64,000 nt of DNA from Vicinamibacterales bacterium (GTDB lineage: Bacteria; Acidobacteriota; Vicinamibacteria; Vicinamibacterales; UBA8438), in assembly GCA_965208535.1 (NCBI GenBank), contig CBDBOU010000002.1, positions 131,701 to 195,700 on the forward strand, read 5' to 3'. The translations under genes and the position numbers were made by a program. Shown in pieces: positions 8,400 to 16,928 of this stretch (position 1 is its first letter; every line of letters begins with the position of its first letter). Under the pieces are notes generated by a model. It had not been told where the DNA came from. It worked only from the letters and a program-made list of their open reading frames with translations, and searched no databases.

Positions 8400-8642
8400 G
8401 ATGTCGACGCGCTGTCCCTCGCCCAACACGATGGTCACGTGGCGCGGGTTGGACCTCGGCGTCAGCTCCCCGCAGAGGGAGCCGGCCAGACCCTGTTGCG
8501 TCCGCACCGTCTCTTGCAGGATGCCCTTCGGCTCGGCAACGATCAGCAGCCGCTGTCCCATTGAATGTCCGACGATGATCTCACGAGACTCATCTGCCGA
8601 GTGGTCCGGGTCGTCAAAGATGCGCGCCAGCGGATCCCACAC
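8400..8642 (-). pseudogene. BrnT/DUF497-like toxin fragment
   Basis: WDPLARIFDDPDHSADESREIIVGHSMGQRLLIVAEPKG resembles the DUF497 core (VFxDP...HS..E.R....G.....RLL.VV). The N-terminal helix and the C-terminal RIISAR part are missing. Confidence 0.3.
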
Positions 8643-8714
8643 TCGTCGGCGTGACCCAGGTCCTGGGCAACCCCGTCGGCTTTTCGAGTGCAGATGTTGT
8701 GCCCTTGGCGGCGT

Positions 8715-8939
8715 ATGATGGGGTCAATGACACCTGAGTTCTGGGCGATTGGCGCCGTCGGCGTCGGCATCGCTGGCCTCTTCCTCCGGATGGACATTCG
8801 GATCGGGCGACTCGACGACTACCTGCGAGACCTTGGGGAGCGGATGGCGGCACTCGGGGAACGGATGGCGAAGCTCGAAGGCGCGATGGACGGGTTCACG
8901 AGGAGCTTCTCGGAGGGAAACCGCCGTCGAGCAGACTGA
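8715..8939 (+). CDS. small N-terminal TM plus coiled-coil miniprotein (family member 1)
   Basis: MMGSMTPEFWAIGAVGVGIAGLFLRMDIRIGRLDDYLRDLGERMAALGERMAKLEGAMDGF. Same architecture as 18370-18603 and 33760-33933. Confidence 0.45.
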   Translation: MMGSMTPEFWAIGAVGVGIAGLFLRMDIRIGRLDDYLRDLGERMAALGERMAKLEGAMDGFTRSFSEGNRRRAD

Positions 8940-9027
8940 GGCAGGAGCGACGCTCAGGACCACCACGAAGCCGAAGCCACCGAAGGACGACCTCCGCGGC
9001 GCCCTATCTCGCGCACTTCATGCACGG

Positions 9028-9105
9028 CGTACTGGCCGCTGGAGGGACCGTTCGACGGCAGGAGACGCGCCGAATCGGCCGCTGTTCTCGACCTGGAACC
9101 TGGTG
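9028..9105 (+). repeat. gene-fragment repeat, copy C (short, with indels)
   Basis: cgtactggccgctggagggaccgttcgacggca..ctgttctcgacctggaacctggtgc aligns with the middle of copies A and B. Confidence 0.5.
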
Positions 9106-9263
9106 CTGTGGCGGCCTTGACGCAGGCAGTATGACCTGGAAGAATCTAGAGATTCGCCCCTTGGCAGTACGCCGCACTCCCGGACTGATGTCAGTTCGGT
9201 CATCAAGAGTGAGGCCGAGCCCCTGGGGCTTTCTTTCTGGGACTTCCATTGCGTGCGCGGTGA

Positions 9264-9768
9264 ATGACTCGTATGGCCAAGGCGGCGATCCTCATTGACG
9301 GTGGCTATTTCCTGACGCGCTTGCCCGTTGTCCGGCCTGACGTCGATACAGCGAACGCGAAGGCGGTTGCCGATTCGGTTGGACAACTTGTCCACCGTCA
9401 CCTCCGGCAGTTGAACGAAGCCCTGCAGGTGCCGAATCCCGCTTCGCTGTTGTACCGCAGCTTCTACTACGATGCCCGGCCATACGACCAGAAGGGGCAC
9501 ACGGCCGTTGACAAACGTGCGATCGACTACAGCAAGACGGAGCAGGCGATCTTCCGTAACGAGCTCTTCGAGGCGTTGCGCCGACGTCCGAACCTCGCCC
9601 TGCGTCTCGGTGAAGTGCGCCGGGGCAGTGACCGAGCCTGGATTCTGAAGCCGGAGCCACAGCGGCGCCTTCTGCGCGGTGAAATGACGTTCAATGATGT
9701 CTCTGATGGAGACTTTGCCGCTGCTCTGCGCCAGAAGGGCGTGGACATGCGGATCGGCTTGGATAGGC
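9264..9768 (+). pseudogene. NYN-domain (LabA/DUF88-like) ribonuclease gene, 3'-truncated
   Basis: AAILIDGGYF..., SFYYDARPY, LRQKGVDMRIGLD match NYN motifs. Similarity stops right after MRIGLD, so the expected ..VLVSGDSDF.. region is absent in all frames. Confidence 0.55.
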
Positions 9769-9996
9769 GGACGAGACCGCCGCCAAGTGCGCCCGGAAGC
9801 TCGTCCAGGTGGTGCACCCGGCGCGCACCCGCGTCCACGCCGAGTTTCTTCCGGGCCGAGGGAGGAGCATCCGGCACCACCGTCGAACGCGACGAGATCC
9901 GCGTCCGCACCGTGCGCGACGCCGACGAGCGCGACTTGGTTCCGCACTGGATCGCCCCGGCGAACACCGGGTGGTGTTGTGCCGCACTGGCGTCGC

Positions 9997-11234
9997 CTAC
10001 TGTAGGTTCGAGACCTCAGCGTAAAGCGATTTCAACGAGTCATCTGACATGTCCAGGATCGGCTCATACATGAATGCATTCAAGTGAATATTCTCCGGAG
10101 TCATTAAAGATACTTTTCTCAGCACTCTAATGGTGTCCTGTTCCCCCTTGAAGCGCGAAGCAAACTCTTGTACGAGTACCGGCGTTTGGTTCTTGGTGAC
10201 ATTAGCTAAGAAAGCCGGGTCCGCTATCTTGTTGGTCATGAACCGCTCAGCCGCAAGTCTTATGGCTATGGAGAGCACGATCTTGTGTTCAAAGTTCACG
10301 CCTTCAGCCGCATTCAGGCAGTCCTTGGCTTCGTCTTCAACCATGTCGACCACGAGCGCGCCCTGATCATGAAAGGTGTCGGCCGAGGGCCCAAAAAGCT
10401 CGGTGTAGACCGTATCGAGTTCCTGTTGGGTAATTGAATCTGAAGACCCTGGTTTCCAATGAAGTAGCGCAGTTAGCCGCCCGTAATCGGCATGATCTGT
10501 CCCGTGAATGTGTTCGATGAGATTGCGCATGAACGAAATAGATGCGACTCTTTTCTTCGCATCGGTAAAGAAAGACCTCTTCCAGTCCCGCAAAAATGGA
10601 TTCCGGATTCCGAAGGCCTGAGAAAGTTCAATCTTTGCAGGACTTTTTGTTACCATCAGACACCCGGCATATCCCACAAAACGACTGTGTACCGTCCTGA
10701 AGAAATCAAAATTGTGCGTCAGGATAATCTGTCTGAATAGCGGATCCTCGGAAACGTCCTGAAGGTACTGGATAATGGCGTACTTGTTCTTATAGTCAAA
10801 CGAGTCCGCAATGTCATCAACAACAAATAGCGTCTCGCTCCTCGCGTGCCGGCGGACTTCGATTTCAAAAATAATGTTGAGAATGTACAGAGCCTTTTTC
10901 TCCCCTTGGCTCAGCGATTTCATCAGCTCGTTCCTCTCGACAGAAGTCGAATCTCCACCGTCCGTAAAGGTATACCCGAGGTCGAGCATGGAACCATGGC
11001 CGAGGACCACCGCGGCCTTGTTGTTGGCAACTAGCTTGAACGGGACGATGAAGCGGTCATTGAATAGGTCGATAGCAGCTTCCCAATGGGTGCTCTCGCG
11101 CCGCGCCTTTTCTTCTATTTCCTTTCTCTTGGCTTTGACGTGCCTGTACTGTGCAAGCAGGTCGTTGTAGGCGGATTCGTTAGCCTTGAAGTAAGATTTC
11201 CAAATGTTCTCCTTGAACAGATTGGGTATTTCGC
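9997..11234 (-). pseudogene. AAA_13-like SMC/ABC-type ATPase, C-terminal half (gene split by IS21)
   Basis: AT-richer DNA. Carries ..LSQGEKKALYILNIIFE (ABC signature), LFVVDDIADSFD (Walker B) and ILTHNFDF, followed by ~270 aa of unknown domain. The upstream ~180 aa of listed ORF 9997-11781 are read-through into the IS. Confidence 0.8.
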
Positions 11235-11436
11235 TGAAGTTGAACACCGATCTCGGTGAACGTGAACGCTGATTTCGGCGAACGTGAACGCTCGTCGGAG
11301 CGTAGCGACGATGCTCTGTCAGTTCCCTCCCTTCTGTGTCGTAACGGATCCTTGAGATCCTACTCTCGACCTCCTGGTCGAGAGGTCGAAGAAACGTTCC
11401 GAGCGTAGCGAGGGCCTTTCTGTTCCGGTCACCCCG

Positions 11437-11724
11437 GTGGGTTCCGAGCCGGACGTCGGTGTTGGTCATGCCCGGCCGGGGTACCCTCGCGAGACGCAAC
11501 GGCCGGGCTGGGCCGGACGGTGTGGTCGTCGACGACGAATCGGCAAGGGCGTTGCGTCGAGCGACCACCCGAGTGCCGCGGAAGGCTCGTCTGGCGCACG
11601 CGGCGACGGTGGGGCTGGTCGATGTCGGTTGTTGCGCCAGACGAGCCTGGAGGCGGTGCTCTCGCGCGCGGGGACCACGTCCGGATGGGCGTTGACGCTC
11701 GCCGCGCGCGAATCCTCCGCTCGG
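11437..11724 (-). repeat. 288-nt non-coding module shared with the first IS21 element (copy 2)
   Basis: Reverse complement aligns with 5237-5524. Same position (downstream of istB, inside the IS termini) and same orientation relative to istAB. Confidence 0.8.
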
Positions 11725-11777
11725 CTCCGCAACGCCGGGGCCAAGCGTCGCGGGGTTGGATGTCGCCGACGGGAGGC

Positions 11778-12536
11778 TCATGTCGTCTCCTTCTGGCCGT
11801 TGGTTGGCGCGTCGTGCGTCCGCCGCATCGAGCGGCCCTTGAGCTCGATGCGGTGCGCGTCGTGGAGCAGGCGGTCGCAGATGGCGTCGGCCTGGTTGGG
11901 GTCTCCGATGACGGCGTGCCAGTCGGTCACCGGCAACTGGCTGGCGATCAGCGTCGAGGCGCGCTCGGCGCGGTCCTCGATGACCTCGGTCAGGTCCCGG
12001 CGCTCGGTGTCACGCAACGGCGCGAGCATCCAGTCGTCGATCGCCAGCAGGTCGAGCCTGGCCAGCCGGGCGAGCAGTCGCGTATAGGAGCCGTCGCCGC
12101 GGCCGACGGCCAGCTCGTGCAGCAGGCGCGGCATGCGGAGATAGCGCGCGGTGAAGCCGCGGCGGCACGCCCGCTCGACGAACGCGCACGCCAGGAAACT
12201 CTTTCCGATCCCGCACGGCCCGGTGAGGACCAAGTTGTGGCGCTCGGCGATCCACGCGCAGGTTCCCAGCGTCAGGACCTGCTGGCGGTTGAGCCGACGG
12301 GGATGGGTGAAGTCGACGGCTTCGAGCGACGCCGGGTAGCGCAGCTTCGCGGTGTGGAGGCGGCGCTGCAGCTTGCGCTGCTCGCGGGCGGTCCACTCGG
12401 CGTCGACGAGCAGCCCGAGGCGCTCCTCGAAGCCGAGCGCGGCGGCCTCGTCGGTCTGCAGTTGTTGCTGGAAGGCGTCGGCCATCCCGCCCAGCTTCAT
12501 GGCGTTGAGCTTGTCGAGCGTCTGTTCGATCAGCAT
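11778..12536 (-). CDS. istB: IS21-family helper ATPase IstB
   Basis: MLIEQTLDKLNAMKLGGMADAF.., Walker A GPCGIGKSF, Walker B LLAIDDW, DRLLHDAHRIELKG. The ATG at 12536 overlaps the istA stop. Confidence 0.9.
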   Translation of the reverse strand: MLIEQTLDKLNAMKLGGMADAFQQQLQTDEAAALGFEERLGLLVDAEWTAREQRKLQRRLHTAKLRYPASLEAVDFTHPRRLNRQQVLTLGTCAWIAERHNLVLTGPCGIGKSFLACAFVERACRRGFTARYLRMPRLLHELAVGRGDGSYTRLLARLARLDLLAIDDWMLAPLRDTERRDLTEVIEDRAERASTLIASQLPVTDWHAVIGDPNQADAICDRLLHDAHRIELKGRSMRRTHDAPTNGQKETT

Positions 12537-14092
12537 CGGTCCTCCTCGGTGGTCGTGGCCGCGGCGTAGTAGTCGGCCCCGCGGATATTGGCGTGCGTCG
12601 GCGTCGGGGCCGTCTCGGCCGGCGGCTCGATGGGCAAACGGTCCTGGCCGGCGGTGAGGATGTTCCTGACGGTGTGATAGCGGCAGGAGCCGAGCGCGAG
12701 GGCGCGGGCGCAGGCCGCCTCGAGCCGGATGTTTCCGTGACGCCGCCCCAGCTGCATGATCCCCAGACAGGGGCGATAGCCCTGCTCGGGGTGCGGGCGG
12801 CTCTCGAGGATCCGGGTGACGAGCTGCCCGGTCTCCGGTCCGACCTTGTTGGCCCAGCGGATCAGGCGTGACGGCGACCACTCGGCGTGCGCGCGGTGGG
12901 CGCTGGGCATGTGCTCGGCGATGGTCGACGGCTGGCGGTCGTAGCGGCGCCGGTGCGACGCGATGCGCTTGTCGCGATGGAAGATCTCGACCGTGTTCGT
13001 CGTGTAGCGGACCTCGACCTGCTCGCGCAGCAGTTGGTACGGGACGCTGTAGAAGTGGCGCTCGACCTCGACGTGGTAGTCGATGTTGACGCGGCACTGC
13101 TTCCACTGCGCGAGGACGTAGCGCGCGGCGGGCAGGGGCCGCAGCGCCGGGCGGTCGAGCTGCTCGTACAGCGCGCGGCGGCTGACGCCCAGCTTCTTCA
13201 TCGGCCGGTCGTTTAGCTCGTCGAGCAGGTCGCGGATCGCGGCATTGAGCGCACCGAGCTCGAAGAAGGTCTGGTCGCGCAGCCGGGCGAGTATCCACCG
13301 TTGCGCGATGAGCACACAATTTTCTACGGCAGCCTTGTCCCTCGGCTTCCTCGGCCGCGCCGGCAAGACGACCGCGCCGTAGTGCGCGGCCAGGTCCTCG
13401 TAGGTGCGGTTGACGCCGGCCTCGTAGCGGCAGGGGCGGGTGATGGCGCTCTTCAGCTGGTCGGGCACCCACATCGTCGTGGAGCCGCCGAAGTACTCCG
13501 CCATGTGAATGTGGGCATCGACCCAGTCGGGCAACTGCTGGGTCCGGGTCGCCTCGGCGTAGGTGAGGCTGCTGGCGCCGAGCACCGAGACGAACAGCTC
13601 GACCGGCCGCAGCTCACCCGTGCGCCGGTCGACCAGGCTGGGCCGCTTGCCCGAGAAGTCGATGAAGGTCTTCTCGCCGGCGCGGTGGATCTGTCGCATC
13701 GACGGCCGCAGCCGCCGCACCCATTGCCGGTAGATCTCGCAGAACTGCGTGTAGCGGTAGCCGCTGGGATGGACCTGAAGGTGCTCCTCCCAGAGCAGTT
13801 GCAGCGTGACGCCGTCGCGCTTGAGTTCCCGGTGGATGTAGGCGCAGTCAGGCCGGACCCGGTTGCGCACCGGCGCCGGTCGGGGAAACAACTGCGCCTC
13901 AAGCGCCGCGTCGTCCAGTTCGGCCGGCAACGGCCAGCCCAACCCTTGTTGCGCCGTCCGCTTCAGATACAGCGTGACCGTGCCCACGCCCATGGCGCAG
14001 GCCTGGGCTATCGCCCGGTGGGGCAACCCCCGCTCATACTTGAGCCGAAGAACCTCACGAATCTTCCTCATCAGCAGCCTCCGTGCCGGCAT
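12530..14092 (-). CDS. istA: IS21-family transposase IstA
   Basis: 520-aa ORF with HTH (LPHRAIAQACAMGVGTV) and DDE region (FIDFSG.., VPDQLKSA, PRKPRDKAAVEN). Confidence 0.9.
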   Translation of the reverse strand: MPARRLLMRKIREVLRLKYERGLPHRAIAQACAMGVGTVTLYLKRTAQQGLGWPLPAELDDAALEAQLFPRPAPVRNRVRPDCAYIHRELKRDGVTLQLLWEEHLQVHPSGYRYTQFCEIYRQWVRRLRPSMRQIHRAGEKTFIDFSGKRPSLVDRRTGELRPVELFVSVLGASSLTYAEATRTQQLPDWVDAHIHMAEYFGGSTTMWVPDQLKSAITRPCRYEAGVNRTYEDLAAHYGAVVLPARPRKPRDKAAVENCVLIAQRWILARLRDQTFFELGALNAAIRDLLDELNDRPMKKLGVSRRALYEQLDRPALRPLPAARYVLAQWKQCRVNIDYHVEVERHFYSVPYQLLREQVEVRYTTNTVEIFHRDKRIASHRRRYDRQPSTIAEHMPSAHRAHAEWSPSRLIRWANKVGPETGQLVTRILESRPHPEQGYRPCLGIMQLGRRHGNIRLEAACARALALGSCRYHTVRNILTAGQDRLPIEPPAETAPTPTHANIRGADYYAAATTTEEDRC

Positions 14093-14249
14093 CGCCTCGC
14101 CCCTCCCGTCGAAAGGGCGAAAGCATGCTGGGTCAGGCTACCGACGAGCGTTCACGATGACCGAAATCGGTGTTCAACATCCCGAAATCGGCGTTCAACT
14201 TCCTCCGAAACCGGCGTTCAACTTCCCCCGAAACCGGCGTTCAACTTCC

Positions 14250-15224
14250 TCCGATAAACCCAAACAGATCGAGCTTTGCTAAGTGCGGCAAGAGAAGTTC
14301 ATCGTCGCAAAGATAACGCTGAAATTCCCTGAGCTTGGCGTTCTTCTCTAGCTGCTTCTTGATGGCGGCAAACCGAGTCTTCAACTGCGAGTCGCTCGCG
14401 ATGTGGTCCATTTCTTGAGATATTAGGCCCTCGAGCTGCTTTTGCGTTGTTATTTCAGTCTTGGTGTCAGCATGTAGCGTTAGGCTGTGTTTGGCGTCGA
14501 AGAAGCCGTTGTTTGCCAGCGTTCTTGCTATTTGTCCGGCGTTGTAATATTCGAACACGCCCCTTTTGAAGTACGTTGAAGCCTCAAGCAATTCGTTGTA
14601 ACGAATGATGTAGTCATGGATCGCGGCCGTGAGCGAAGGTGTCTTCAGTGCTTCCAGTATCTTGTCGTCGAAAATGGAGTCATACTGAACGTGTGCAAAC
14701 GGAGAGTCAGACTGATCCTCGATTTCGGCGCTGACACGTTCTAGGGCCTGATAGAAGGACTCTTCGTCGTCGTTCTTTGTAAAGGCAAGCGCGATCTCAT
14801 GGTCGAGCCGCTTTTTCTTTGAGCCGGATTGTCTCTTCATTGCCTGCAGGAAACTCGTCTTCGACCGATTTATGTCCAGGTGCAGTTGTTCGTATTCCTT
14901 ACGCAAGGTGTTATTCAACAAGAGCGTAGAAGTCTTTTCGCTATGGCTGAAGAATTCGTCGTATGGAGGAAGAACCAGAACGCTTTCCGGTGGAAGGTCG
15001 ACGTCGCTTTCATCCGTGATTTGTCGGGTAGTGGCACGAGAGGGAAATATTCTGTCAGTTGATGCCTTGCCATTGGCAATATCTTGGAATGTCTGAGCGA
15101 AGGACGATTTCATCGAGCCGTTGGGTGCGTAGAGTGCGTACACCTTGCGCTGAGAAAAGTCGAAAGTGTGAGACAGTTCCCTAATTCCGTAGCAATTGAG
15201 CAACTGGACCTTGACCTGATGCAC
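14250..15224 (-). pseudogene. AAA_13-like SMC/ABC-type ATPase, N-terminal half (gene split by IS21)
   Basis: GTG 15224 is preceded by GGAGG. VKVQLLNCYGIRELSHTFDF..VYALYAPNGSMKSSF is a Walker-A-like P-loop, followed by a long helical region. The listed stop at 14241 lies inside the IS. Confidence 0.8.
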
Positions 15225-15383
15225 CTCTGAACCTCCGTCCTCGGAACTTAGTTCTGGCTCGTCCCCTGAAGCAGGAGCTTACCAGACGTGCGCGCTCCGG
15301 CGGTGGCGGTCGGTAGCGTGGGGCACCGTGCGGCGTGGGGTGACCGGCTGGCGGCCTTCGGGTCTGGCCGGCGGTCGACGCGC

Positions 15384-16760
15384 TTATCGCACCGGCAACA
15401 ACCCATCCCGGTCAACCCACACGCCGCCCTTCATCACCCGCTCAATCGCCAGCGTATTCCGAATATCCTCCAGCGGATCCGCCTCCAGCACCACGAGGTC
15501 CGCAATCTTCCCCGCCTCCAACGTCCCGAACTCCGCCTCCCCGACCGGCGGCGTCACGCTGGCGCTGGTCGCGGTGGCGGCGACGATTGCCTGCATCGGC
15601 GTCAGCCCGGCCTCCACGTAGAGCTCCAGCTCGTGGTGGGTGCCCCAGCCCATCGGGACGTTGGCGGTGCCGCTGTCGGTGCCGAGGGCGACGCGCACGC
15701 CGGCGTCGTGCATGGTCTTGACGAAGTCCTGCAGTTGCCGGAACGCCGCCTTGCGGGTCTCGAAGTCGTCGGCCTCGACCACCTCGGCCCGCGCCTCGGG
15801 ATCGCTCCAGCGCTCCAGCGCCTGCGGGTTCATGGCCGCGCGTAGGTCGGGGTCATCCAGCAGCTCGGGGTTCTCGGCGAAGTGCCAGTTGTTCTGGACG
15901 ATCGACAGCGTCGGCGTGAACGAGACGTTGTTGTCCAGGCACATCCGGATGAACGCGGCCGAGGGCGCGGGGTCGTCCATCGGCGTGCCGCTGCCGGGGC
16001 CGAAGGTGCGCACCGTGGTGTGCAGGAAGTCGCTGAGGCCGGCCTCGACCAACTGTCGGCCGTCGGCCTCCTCGTCGATGTGGGCGACGGGGACGAGGCC
16101 GTTGGCGATGGCCTCCTCGACGATGGCGGTGCGCATCGCGGGCGTGATCTTCAGGCCCGGCTCCGGCATCTCGTTGACCCACATCTTGACGAAGTGGACC
16201 CCCTGGCCGGCCAGGGCGCGGACCATCTCGCGCGCCTCGTCCGTCGAGGCGGGCTGCCGGGCGCCGGCGTTGAAGCCGCCCGGGTGCGAGAAGCCGCGGC
16301 CGGCGGTGAACATGCGCGGCGTGTCGGGGCGGCCGGCGTGGGCCTCGAGCATCAGCGCCGTCTGCTCGGGGTTGTCGGTGCCGATGCTGCGCGCGGTGGT
16401 GACGCCGAAGTAGAGCTGCGTCCGCAGCATCTCCAGGGCCGCGTCCGCGTCGCCCCCGTAATGGTTGTGCATGTCCACCAGCCCGGGGATGACGGTCTGG
16501 CCGGCGGCGTCGACGATCTCCGCGCCGGCGGGAATCCCGGTGGTCGCGCGCGGCCCGGCATCGACGATGCGGTCGTCGCGGATGACGATGACCGAATCGG
16601 CGATCGGGTCCCCGCCCGTGCCGTCGATGAGCTGGGCGCCGACGATGGCCAGGCCCCCCGGCTCGAGGGGCGGCGGCGGGCTGCCCGCGCAGGCGGCCAG
16701 GGCTGCGACGGCGACCAACACCGCGAGGCGTTTCAGGATTGCAGCCATGTTGGCGGGCAT
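15384..16760 (-). CDS. amidohydrolase-family metallohydrolase, lipoprotein/secreted
   Basis: MPANMAAILKRLAVLVAVAALAACAG signal. VDMHNHYGG, HFVKMW, VAHIDEE, ALGTDSG are amidohydrolase motifs. Confidence 0.85.
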   Translation of the reverse strand: MPANMAAILKRLAVLVAVAALAACAGSPPPPLEPGGLAIVGAQLIDGTGGDPIADSVIVIRDDRIVDAGPRATTGIPAGAEIVDAAGQTVIPGLVDMHNHYGGDADAALEMLRTQLYFGVTTARSIGTDNPEQTALMLEAHAGRPDTPRMFTAGRGFSHPGGFNAGARQPASTDEAREMVRALAGQGVHFVKMWVNEMPEPGLKITPAMRTAIVEEAIANGLVPVAHIDEEADGRQLVEAGLSDFLHTTVRTFGPGSGTPMDDPAPSAAFIRMCLDNNVSFTPTLSIVQNNWHFAENPELLDDPDLRAAMNPQALERWSDPEARAEVVEADDFETRKAAFRQLQDFVKTMHDAGVRVALGTDSGTANVPMGWGTHHELELYVEAGLTPMQAIVAATATSASVTPPVGEAEFGTLEAGKIADLVVLEADPLEDIRNTLAIERVMKGGVWVDRDGLLPVR

Positions 16761-16928
16761 CGTAGCACCATCGAACTCTCCGATGCCGCCCTTCGGCAGG
16801 GGCGCGACGCCTACGGTAGCGTTCTTGCGTTCGACGATCCCCTGGCAGAGCTGGAGCTCGTGCAGCAAATCGCTCTCGGAGCGTCGCGGGGCGAGAAAAA
16901 CGGCTGCGGCGCAAGCGCCCGCACGCCG

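Larger units (their letters stand above)
11235..14249 (-). mobile_element. IS21-family element (E2) inserted in the AAA_13-like gene
   Basis: Sharp composition change at both ends. Left terminus tgaagttgaacaccgatctcggtgaacgtgaacgctgatttcggcgaacgtgaacgctcgtcgg. The right end has 4 direct copies of ccgaaa(t/c)cgg(c/t)gttcaac(t/a)tcc (14161-14249), which are inverted relative to the left end. Confidence 0.85.

Noticed and set aside
9997-11781. 594-aa ORF suggesting an intact long protein.
   Set aside because: The first ~180 aa are translation of IS21 non-coding DNA, including the shared 288-nt module. The real coding part starts at the IS junction (11234).
14161-14249. Short direct repeats that look superficially CRISPR-like or tandem-repeat-like.
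   Set aside because: Four ~22-nt units have no unique spacers, lie at an IS21 terminus, and are mirrored by inverted copies at 11235-11300. This is the multiple terminal IstA-binding repeat arrangement known for IS21-family elements.
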